Shown here in pieces: positions 24,300-33,800 of a stretch of DNA of 64,000 nt (the first letter of the stretch is position 1; the number at the start of each line of letters is the position of its first letter). Made by a program: the position numbers and the translations under genes. Origin of the DNA: an uncultured bacterium (lineage in GTDB: Bacteria; Acidobacteriota; Thermoanaerobaculia; Multivoradales; J023); assembly GCA_965366625.1 (NCBI GenBank), contig CBDUGP010000022.1, positions 21,165 to 85,164 on the forward strand. The letters run 5' to 3'. The notes under the pieces were generated by a model. That model saw only the letters and a list, made by a program, of their open reading frames with translations. It was not told the origin of the DNA and made no database searches.

Positions 24300-27200
24300 T
24301 TACTCCCTCTCCCTTGGCGTCTGCCCCGGCACCTCGTAGTACCACTGATAAATCACCGGGAATCCCGACGTCTGGAAATCACTGTGCCCGTAGAAATCCC
24401 AATTCAGATCCGTGGCATCCACGTTATTCGGCGTCATCACGTTTTCCACCGAGCCGGCCGGAATCAACAGCTGGGTCGCTTCATAAGCCACGCGAATCAC
24501 GTCCGGAAGGCTGGTGGGAATGGGGCCCCGCTCCGGTAGACGGGGGCTCATCATGGCCGGCGAATCGTTCGACAACGCCGGCTGACCCTGCCCGGCCACC
24601 GGAGCGCGCCAACAAGTTGGCGAGCCTTCTTCGCGGTCGTAATGGACCCAGGGATTGCGTTTCGCATAGTCGTCGATGCGCATCAGCTCGAGGGCATAGT
24701 CCTTCCACGCCCAGCTGTGGACTAATTTGGTGGCCGATTCTTTCGTGCTGTGTTGCTCTTGATTGAACCAGAAAGTCCAAGAGTCACAACGTAGATCGTC
24801 TTCGTCGTAAGTGATCGGAATTCCGTAGAGGTCGGGGATACCGCCGACGCCTCCGCTACCCCCCAGCAGACCGTAGGAATACGGCTGCTGCGGCCAGAAG
24901 ACTTCCTGCCAGATGGCCGGCTCCACGGAATAGAGGTTGCGGAAGAGGATGCCCGAGGTATCCACCGCGTGCTGGCGCAAGGCGTCGTAGACCACTTGGT
25001 TGCCCAAGCTGTGGGCCATGACGTAGATATTCTGCGCCTCACCCCCCCACTCGCCGACGATCTTGTTCTCGATCAGCTCGCGGAAGCTTTGGGACGATCG
25101 GAACGAATTGTCCACGTTGTCGATGTAGGAGATCGGCGCGTTTTCGTCGCCTTCCCAGGTAAAACCGACCACGTTGCCGCGGAAACCCAACCAGAACATG
25201 CGTTTGGTCACGATCTGGAAGGAAGCCTTGGCACCTTCTAAGTCGACGTTGAATCCGTGCACCGGCATGAAGTATTGGGTCTTATCCGTGTCGGGCATGG
25301 CGGTGCCAGGCACGTGTTCAGCTTCCGGATACAGGAAGTGGGGAATGGTGTTCACACCCCCGCCCGCATCACACGACGTCTCCGGATGGCATTCGGTTTT
25401 GTAGTTGGTGAATCGGGCCGACGGCGAGCCGCGCGCCGACCACAGGGAGAAGAAATGATTCAGATGCTCCAGGGTCATGCGGATCGAATCCACCGTATGC
25501 CAATCCGACTCGCCCTTCTCCCGTGAGAGCAGATTCATCTGCACTTCGTGGACCGTGTCTTCGCTCGCAAACGGATCCACCCGGAATAAATATCCCGTTT
25601 TGGTCTCGTCCGGAGTCAGCTCCAGCCGTTCGTGGGAGCGCAGCACGTAGTCGACGGACATGGACGCGCTATAGGAGAAGATTCCGCCGCCGAAGAAACC
25701 GCCGATCAAATCCTCGGCCACGTCTTCCCTCGACAAATACTGCAAACCTTCTCCAACGGCGTTCAGAGGAGCTTTCCAAAGCTGGATGTCGACGTCCCGG
25801 CTGGTGTCCACCAGCTGCAAGGTGAAATCGAACCCCTCCTCGATCAACGGTGCCGGGATCTGCAGGTGCAAGGGCGACAAATCGTCGATATTGCCCATGT
25901 TTACCGCTTCCGAATTGGCCGTGTTGGAGGTCCAGAATCGGTAGCCGTCCCCTTGATCCTCCATCATTTCGTCGTATTCGTCGATCGTCCAACCGAGCCC
26001 GTCGGGCACACCGGGGCGGATGTAGTTGTAGCCGCCACCGCTGCCGTCGCTGCTGTTGTTGACGGCGAGGTTCGCTTCCACGGGCGTGAAACGAATGGTT
26101 TGCTCCGCTTCGGACCCCTCAAAGGTCAGCTTGACGGTGACGTCGGCGGTGACCAACTCGCCGCCCGCCTGGGTGCCGTTGAGCGCTTCCACCCACACCT
26201 TGATGGTTTCGTTGCCCGGGCCGAAATTAAAGGTCGACGCGCTGTACGGGGTGCCAGGCACGATGTACAGATCCGGCTCTTTGCTGTCGCTCTGATTCTC
26301 GATCCGCCACAAACGCAGGATTCCCTGCTTCTTTTCGGTGAAGTCGTAATAGCTGTGACTGCCCTTGGTGCCCAACAGCCTGCCGGTATTGTCCGGCAAT
26401 TGCGAAGCCGGCGGACCGTCGTACTCGAAGGTCAGGGTCGCGGCGCCCCAATTGCCTCCCTCGGGCCGCAGCTCGACCATCAGGGGTACGAGGTTGTCCT
26501 CGTTGTCGACCTGTTTGTCGGCATAATCCGGGATCTGATCACCGCTCGCCGAACCGTTACCGTCGTCGTTGTCGTGGTTGACGTAGACGAATTTGCCGTA
26601 GCCTTGGTCGCCGTCGCCTTCCTCGATCTCCTCTTCCAAATCGTCCCGCTGGGGTTCGTCGATGTCGTCGTCGTTATTGGAATCGGCGTCGATATCCAAT
26701 AAGGCAATGGAGAACGGCTCCGGCTCCGACATCACCGTTAGCGGCACGTCGACGCCCGCCCGGGGCGACCACACCCAACCCACGTTGAGCGCCATCAGCA
26801 CCTCGTGATCGCCCTCGGGATGGTCGAACATCTCACCCTGAGGCAGCGTCGCGGTGCCATCGCCGGTGCCGTCGGTTTGGGCCAAGAAGGGAATCGTGCC
26901 GTCCTCGACGAAGAACATGTAGGTGTTGAGGGCCGGGTAATTCGACGGCTGAATTTGATAATTGAAAACCGTATCTTCTTCGTGATTGCCGTCGTGGCCG
27001 AGCAGAACCACCGGCGTGGGCGTGGTGACCTGGCCGGTGACCGACCACAACACGTACGTCGACCGCCAATTTTCGTCCGACACCTCTAAGATTTCGAATT
27101 TGCCGCCGCACAGGGGATCCTCAGTGCAGGGCTCCACCGCCTCGAAATGGGACGCATCGTCTGGGATCACCGGTACTCCGACCCAAGCGGTCGGTGTCGC

Positions 27201-30200
27201 CGTAATTTCATAACGGCCCGGCGTCGACGGCAGGGGCACGGCGTAGGAGTAGAGGCCGTCGCCGTCGGGGCTGCTGACCGTGGCACCACCACCGGCACCG
27301 TTGAAGGCGATCTGGACCCGTTCGTCGAGGGTGCCGCCGCCACAGCTGTCGGGCAAACATTCCGGTGCCGGGCTCTCCCCCAGGCGGGTGGCTTTAAACG
27401 TTCCCAGGGGCACGCGACAATAATCTTCGCCGCAAGCCTCGACTCCGAAGTCTTCGCGCACCACGTGCACGTTGACCTGCAAAGGAACCGACGTTTCTCC
27501 GGGCGGGTAGGCTTCGATCGAACCGACCCCTTCACCCCCCGAAGGTTGGCCACGTCCGGACACCCGCAGAACCGGGAAACCTACGAAGACCTCGCCCGGC
27601 ACCCAATCCTTGCGCACCTGGCCCGTAAAGCTGACCTCCGCGGAGCCGCCGTCCTCGCCCGTGGCGCTGGCGGTGACGGTGTAGGAATCATCCTCCCCGA
27701 GCACCAGCCACGCCCACACGCCGCTCACCCCGCCGTCGTCGGTGACCGTGGTGCCCGCACTGCACTCGCCCGCGATCACCGTGCCCGGACGACAGCCGAG
27801 CTTGTCCTCCCGGCTGATCAACTCCGGACCCTTGCCTTCGCCACCCGGACTACCGTTGAGGGTGAAGACCACGTCTTGATTGGAGATCGGATTGCCGTAT
27901 TGATCCACCGGCAGGGCCAAAACAGGGGTGCCGAGGCTCAAATGGGGCAGACCGTTCAAGGTCTGACCGTAGGGTTGCTCGAGGTCTGCCACCTCATCGG
28001 GAGCACCGATGGCGTAGAAGAGGTCGGGCACCGCATGGCCGTTGACCTCCACCGCCACCACGTTGAGGCCCGCCCGGGTGGAGTGATCCTCTTCCGGGAA
28101 GAGCAAATAATACGGACTCTCGTCCGTCTTCGTGCCGAGGGTGAAATCCACCGACGCCAAACCGGTCGAATCGCTGACCACCGAGCCCGACGCCGTGCTT
28201 CCGCCGCCGGTCAAGACCGTGAAGGTCACCTCGGCCCCTTGAACCGGCACCTGGTCGACGTCGAAGACCTCGACTTTGAAGGCGATGTAATCGCCGTCGC
28301 TCAAAGTTTCGCCAACCGTCGCCAGCTGTAAGTTGCCGTCGAAAATCTTGCCGCCCACCGCCTCCTCACCGCGTCGGTTCACCGGTCCACTGTGGGGTCG
28401 GCTGAGGGGCACCCGTGTGCCTTCCACCACCTCGAACCACGGCACCGCCAACATGCCGCCGGAGAGGGTTCCTGAAATCTGGTAGCGACGCTCGCCCGTG
28501 AGCGGGTCGAGCAACACATAACCGACGCCGGTCCAATCGACGAAGGACATGGCCTCGGCCGGCACCAGGGCTTCACCGCCGGCCAGCACCCAGCCTTCGA
28601 TTTCGTCGAGCACCGCTGAATCGAAAGGCAGGGTCGGCAGGAGGGTGCCCAGATTGGCGCTGTCGATGCGGTGCACGGTGATGCCGCGATCCGCGGCCAA
28701 CGCCAACGCCAGATCCGCGCTCATGGCCGCCATGCCTTGGACCTCGAAAAGCTCGCGCTCGCGCGCCGACGCTTCGAGCTGGGTCAAGGCCAGCCAGCGG
28801 CCGGCGACCCGCCGATCCTCGGTCCCGCCGTCGCCCACCAGACGTCCACTGTGGATGTCCGCGTCCACAAAGACACTTTTATATTCCAAGGATTCGATCA
28901 GCCCGAGGCTGCCCTGGGGCTCCACCAGACTGCCGACGGTCACCACGCTCGGCCGTGGGAAGACCCGGGTCAGACCTTCCAAGCGCGCCATCCGTGCGCC
29001 AAAATCATCCACTGCCGAGAGATAATCCGAAGCCATGGCGGCCAGCAGCTCAAGGGTATTTTGCGGCTCGCCGTTCGGCGGTGCATAAGCTTCCGCCCCG
29101 GCGCCGAAACCCAAGCCGGCGGCAATGCCGGCGCGATGATCGTTGACGAAGCTGGTGCTGCCCACGGTGGGTGAGGTGAGGGTCATTTCGAGCTCGAACG
29201 GCCTGCCCATGGCGATCGGCAGGCTGGCCGGCACCAACGGCTCGCCATCGGTACGCAGTTCCAGGCGTACGTTGACCAAATAGGGCGGCGTATTCCACAG
29301 GCGATGACCGTTGGCGGCGACGATCTGCTCGTCGGCGGCCGTGGCCGGCACGTACCAAAGGGTCGCCTCCTGGCCGGAAAGATCCGCCACCGGCACCGTC
29401 CGGTCGAAAATCACCCGACTGCCGTCCCGGGCCCGCAGACGCACCCGATGGGTCAGGCTGTCGGCCAGGTCGAGACCGAAGCCGTCGACCCCCAACACCA
29501 CGCCCACCATGCCCGGCGGCAAGACCTCGCCTTGTTGTTCGGCCAACAGCTCAGGTGCGGTGACCTGGGGATATTGGCCGGCACCCAAATATCCGTCCAC
29601 CTCTTGCTCGACCAGCGCGCTGGGCATGGGACATGCCCCCGCCTGCTCCAGGGGTCGGGAGCAGACGTCGCCCGCCAAATAGCTGTCGAAGAAAGCGTCG
29701 GCGTCGAAAGCCATTTGATCCAACAGCGGATCGGACGCCACGGATCGGTCGAAGGTTTTGAGCTGGGGATCGAGGGCCAACCAGGTGGCGCCGCTATCGT
29801 CCAAGACCACGCCGCGGTAATTGGCGTAGGGCAGATAAACCTCGGCCCACACCCGATCCAGCACATAGGCGACGGGACGACCGCCGGAGATCACCGGCGA
29901 CCAACCGATGCCCGCTGCGGTCAACACCCGTTCGAGGGCCGGCACGTTGGCAGCACCGAAATGGTCGAGCAAAGCGGCGGTCGGGATCTGCTGAGGACCC
30001 CATGCCAAGCGAGCCGGGAAACCCGCCAGGCGCATCAACTCGGCCAACAGACCGGCTTGGTCGGCGTCGTTGCCTTCGCCGGAGCGCAACACTGCCTCGG
30101 GGCCTTTGATGCCACCGTAATAATGACCGGCACGGATGTCCTGCAATACAAAGTTGTAAATCGCCACCGGATCCCCGGCCAACTCCACCACCTTTTCCGC

Positions 30201-30896
30201 CAAATAGTCGGGTCTGACGATCTCCGCCTTGCGGAACCTCAGGCTTTTCTCCTGGGTTTGGACCCGACGTTTGCGCGCCACCGCCGTGGCTTCGATCAGC
30301 TCCGAAGACGGCTTCGCCAGATAACCCTCCGGGAAGGCTCGGCGGTCCGAAGGCGCACGGGCCACGAGCGCTTCGTCGAATTTCGGTGCCAGGCGAGATG
30401 AGATCGGCGAAGCCTCCCGCGACCCACCCGCACAGGCCAACAGCTCGGACAACTCTTGGGAGCTGAGGCTCGCCTTCTCGCCAATCGCCCGTTTCAGCGC
30501 CTGCAGCTTCTCGCCGGCGGACTGCTCGAGTTCGTCCAAGCGCGAGTCCACGTCACCTCCCGCCCGCGCCAGCACCTGCCGTTGATGGGCCAGCTCCTCC
30601 TGCCAGATGAATTCCTCCAGCAGTAGCTCGCGGTCCACCGCCGAGCTTTTGGTCGGCAGGGCGTCGAGCTGGGCCTGGGCCATTTTCGCCAAAGCCGGGA
30701 AATGGCCGTAACACGACTCACCTTGCGCTGCCGACCCAGACTGGGTCGCGGACTGCGCTTGGAGGGGCGAGCCCAAGCCCGGCCACACGGGCAAAAGGGC
30801 CAACCCCAACCAAACCCAACCCTGTGACGGATAACCCTTGGACGGATCACCCTTGGACGAACGACGGGCACGTCCGCCGACGGAAGACTGACTCAT
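24300..30896 (-). CDS. Possible separately initiated 2198-aa protein inside the giant ORF (transglutaminase-like + acidic Ca-binding-like + alpha/beta-hydrolase)
   Basis: In-frame ATG at 30896 preceded by GGAG at 9-nt spacing, then a signal-peptide-like stretch (GRARRSS...WVWLGLALLPVWPGLGSPLQA-Q). Confidence 0.5.
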   Translation of the reverse strand: MSQSSVGGRARRSSKGDPSKGYPSQGWVWLGLALLPVWPGLGSPLQAQSATQSGSAAQGESCYGHFPALAKMAQAQLDALPTKSSAVDRELLLEEFIWQEELAHQRQVLARAGGDVDSRLDELEQSAGEKLQALKRAIGEKASLSSQELSELLACAGGSREASPISSRLAPKFDEALVARAPSDRRAFPEGYLAKPSSELIEATAVARKRRVQTQEKSLRFRKAEIVRPDYLAEKVVELAGDPVAIYNFVLQDIRAGHYYGGIKGPEAVLRSGEGNDADQAGLLAELMRLAGFPARLAWGPQQIPTAALLDHFGAANVPALERVLTAAGIGWSPVISGGRPVAYVLDRVWAEVYLPYANYRGVVLDDSGATWLALDPQLKTFDRSVASDPLLDQMAFDADAFFDSYLAGDVCSRPLEQAGACPMPSALVEQEVDGYLGAGQYPQVTAPELLAEQQGEVLPPGMVGVVLGVDGFGLDLADSLTHRVRLRARDGSRVIFDRTVPVADLSGQEATLWYVPATAADEQIVAANGHRLWNTPPYLVNVRLELRTDGEPLVPASLPIAMGRPFELEMTLTSPTVGSTSFVNDHRAGIAAGLGFGAGAEAYAPPNGEPQNTLELLAAMASDYLSAVDDFGARMARLEGLTRVFPRPSVVTVGSLVEPQGSLGLIESLEYKSVFVDADIHSGRLVGDGGTEDRRVAGRWLALTQLEASARERELFEVQGMAAMSADLALALAADRGITVHRIDSANLGTLLPTLPFDSAVLDEIEGWVLAGGEALVPAEAMSFVDWTGVGYVLLDPLTGERRYQISGTLSGGMLAVPWFEVVEGTRVPLSRPHSGPVNRRGEEAVGGKIFDGNLQLATVGETLSDGDYIAFKVEVFDVDQVPVQGAEVTFTVLTGGGSTASGSVVSDSTGLASVDFTLGTKTDESPYYLLFPEEDHSTRAGLNVVAVEVNGHAVPDLFYAIGAPDEVADLEQPYGQTLNGLPHLSLGTPVLALPVDQYGNPISNQDVVFTLNGSPGGEGKGPELISREDKLGCRPGTVIAGECSAGTTVTDDGGVSGVWAWLVLGEDDSYTVTASATGEDGGSAEVSFTGQVRKDWVPGEVFVGFPVLRVSGRGQPSGGEGVGSIEAYPPGETSVPLQVNVHVVREDFGVEACGEDYCRVPLGTFKATRLGESPAPECLPDSCGGGTLDERVQIAFNGAGGGATVSSPDGDGLYSYAVPLPSTPGRYEITATPTAWVGVPVIPDDASHFEAVEPCTEDPLCGGKFEILEVSDENWRSTYVLWSVTGQVTTPTPVVLLGHDGNHEEDTVFNYQIQPSNYPALNTYMFFVEDGTIPFLAQTDGTGDGTATLPQGEMFDHPEGDHEVLMALNVGWVWSPRAGVDVPLTVMSEPEPFSIALLDIDADSNNDDDIDEPQRDDLEEEIEEGDGDQGYGKFVYVNHDNDDGNGSASGDQIPDYADKQVDNEDNLVPLMVELRPEGGNWGAATLTFEYDGPPASQLPDNTGRLLGTKGSHSYYDFTEKKQGILRLWRIENQSDSKEPDLYIVPGTPYSASTFNFGPGNETIKVWVEALNGTQAGGELVTADVTVKLTFEGSEAEQTIRFTPVEANLAVNNSSDGSGGGYNYIRPGVPDGLGWTIDEYDEMMEDQGDGYRFWTSNTANSEAVNMGNIDDLSPLHLQIPAPLIEEGFDFTLQLVDTSRDVDIQLWKAPLNAVGEGLQYLSREDVAEDLIGGFFGGGIFSYSASMSVDYVLRSHERLELTPDETKTGYLFRVDPFASEDTVHEVQMNLLSREKGESDWHTVDSIRMTLEHLNHFFSLWSARGSPSARFTNYKTECHPETSCDAGGGVNTIPHFLYPEAEHVPGTAMPDTDKTQYFMPVHGFNVDLEGAKASFQIVTKRMFWLGFRGNVVGFTWEGDENAPISYIDNVDNSFRSSQSFRELIENKIVGEWGGEAQNIYVMAHSLGNQVVYDALRQHAVDTSGILFRNLYSVEPAIWQEVFWPQQPYSYGLLGGSGGVGGIPDLYGIPITYDEDDLRCDSWTFWFNQEQHSTKESATKLVHSWAWKDYALELMRIDDYAKRNPWVHYDREEGSPTCWRAPVAGQGQPALSNDSPAMMSPRLPERGPIPTSLPDVIRVAYEATQLLIPAGSVENVMTPNNVDATDLNWDFYGHSDFQTSGFPVIYQWYYEVPGQTPRERE

Positions 30897-33800
30897 GACT
30901 TCTCGCTCCAATCCAACCTCGGTCTGCCGGCTCACCGCGTCCCGTCGACGCAGGATGACCGCGCCGGCAAGGGCGAGCAGCACGGTCAACAACATGAGCA
31001 GACCCGGGCCGAGGGTCGGTATTTCCAAACCGGCGCGGACTTCGACGTCCGCCCGGGACAATTCCAAATCGTAGGGCACCCCGCCGAAATCGCCGGCCGC
31101 GTGCAGCTCCACCCGATAGGTGCCAGGCACCAAGTCAATGGTGTCGAAGCTGTGGATCAGCACCACTTGATCGTCCATCGGCACGGTCTGCACCACCACA
31201 AGGCTGTCGATCACGGCACTGGTCTCGGGATCCACCAACAGCAGGCTGAGCTGAGCGTCCGGCAGGTCCCCGGTGCTCAGGTTGCTCACCTGGGCGTCAA
31301 CCTTCAACGGCACGCCGACGAAGACTTCCTCGGGCAGATAAAGCAGACCGCCGACATCCAAGCCACCTTGGGCCGTGACCTCAAAAGCCACCGTGACCGT
31401 GGAGACGTTGCCGGCACAATCCGTGGCGCTCAGCGCGAGCACGTGATCGCCGACCGTGTCCACCACCAGCGGGCTGCTCACGGGCTGACCGTCGAGCAAG
31501 GCAGAGGAGACCGTGAGGTTGACGTCGAGCATCGTCCATTGGGCGGTCACGCTGGTTTCGTAGCTCCCGCCCTCCACCACACCGTCGACCGTGATCTCCG
31601 GCGCCGTGGCGTCGAGCAGGAAGGAACGGCTCGCGGTGGTGCTCAGTCGACAGCCGTCGACCGCCAGCAACTCGAAGAGGTGCTCGCCGTCGCCCACCAC
31701 CGGCTCCCCGGCGACGTAGGTCAGGCCGTCGAGGGTGGCGACCACCGAATCCAGCTGTTGGTCGTCGGCAATCCAAGTGAAGGCCGCCGAGCTCACGCAG
31801 GCACCTTCCGCCGGACCGCTCAAGTCGAGGGTCGGCGGCGTATCGTCGATCGTCGGCAAGAAGTCCACCGCCACACCGGTGCTGATGTTGTTGACCGTAT
31901 CCTCGGCGAAGACCTCGACCCGATAGGGATCCAGGCGATCCGGATCGATCACCACCCGCGACGAGAAGATCTCGCTCTCCACGCTCTCCCGGGGCAGCGG
32001 CAGGTCGTGGTCGGAATCGTCGAGATGGAAGAAGACCCGGAACACGCTCGACAGCTCGTCGATCGCTCGCACCCGAACCAGCATGGACTCGGAGCAAACG
32101 ATCTCGGTAGTCGGTTCCAGCAGGTCCACCACCGGCGGCGTGCGGTCGACCAACAACAAGCTCGACGTCGCCAAAGGCTCTTCCACGGTGCCACCCACCT
32201 GTGCCGCCGGTCGCTCGGCGGTCAACGACACCAAATAGGACTGCAAGTAGGACACGCTGAGGGGCACGTCCCAGGTGAAGGGACGGGATTGACCGGCGCC
32301 GAAGGAAGTCGCTGCCGCCTCGGCGTGGCCGACCACCGCATTGCGCACGGGATCGATCACGTCCACCTTGACCACCACATCGTTCAACGGCGCGTCGCCG
32401 AAGTTTTCCACCGTGGCGGTGATCGTGAACGGCCCCTCGTCGGGTTCGGCGGAGACCGGAGCCACCGCCACGCTGCCTTGCAGCTCGGCGCCGGCGGCGG
32501 TGATCACGAATCCGACCGGCTCGGAACTCGCCAGCTCCGCGCCCGGCTCGTCCACCACCCGCGCGGTGAAAGCGTAGTTGCCGGGAGGAATCGGCGAGGT
32601 ATCCAGAGCCCATGGCGTGGGCAACAGATCCCCCACGGGCAGGGCGATGACCGGCACGGAGGTGCTCGCCACCTCGGTGCCGCGGGCGATTTCGAGGCCC
32701 GAAACCGCCACCACCGTCAGCTCGACCGTGGCGTCCCGCAGGGTCGCGTCACCAATATTGAGCACCCGGGCCAAGAGGTTGGCACCGGCGCCCCGGCGGT
32801 AAGTGGGACGATCCGTGGAACCGGTGACCTCGGCCGCGACCCGCGCGCCGACGGTGAAGGCTGCGCTCGCCCGCGCCGCTTCGACACCGGCTCGCTGCAC
32901 CGTCACCACCGCCTGGTAGTCGCCGGGGTAAATCCCCGACACCGACCAGCCCGAATTCGTGACCCGGGTTTCGTAACCGAAGGTCTCGTCCTGCCAGCTG
33001 TCCACGTCGGTGACCCAGACGCCGTTGGCATCTTCAATGCTCAGGGTCACCAAAGTCGGCGCCGGACCGTCGTTGACCGTCACCTGTGCAGTAATCGCGG
33101 CGTTCTCGCCCAAGAAGTAGGCCGGCCGGTCGGTGGCGATCTCGGCGTGGGCGCCGAGGGTTTCGCGCACCGGAACCACCATCTCCTCAACGTTGTTGGT
33201 TTCGTCGAGCTCCACCAGCAGATCCGCCGGATCGAGCACCAGACGCCAACGGAAGTCGCCCTCCTGGCCGGTGGTATCCCACAAGAATCGGACCCGACGG
33301 GTTGCGCCCGAAGCCAGGTCAAAGGTCTCGCTGACCACCACGTCGGAAGCCCCGGAGGGTGCCGTGCGGATCAAGCTCGCCACCAATCCTTCGAGTTCCA
33401 CGGCTCCGGCATTGCGCGCCACGCCGTCGATGGCGACGGTCGTGCCGGTGACCGGGAAAGCCGGGGTCGCGGTGATCGATCGAACCTCCGCGTCACCAAA
33501 GGCGTCGGGGTCGACGATCACCTCGATCGGCAGGCTCTCTTGCACATCCGCCCCGAGCTCTTGGCGGGCGACAAAGGTATTGGTGCCCACCGCCAGCTCC
33601 ACGTCGGGCAAGACAAAGGTCCCGCTGGGCTGGAAGCGGCGTTGCAGCTGTTCGTCTTGGGTCAGCCACAGGGCACCGTCGTCGGTGCGCATCAGGTCCC
33701 AAGGACCACCGTCGCCCCACGGCAAGGCGTAACGATCCAAATCCGCCGCCAGCACGGTCTCACTGCCATCGATCATGGAACGGGTCTTCAGGCTGAAGAG

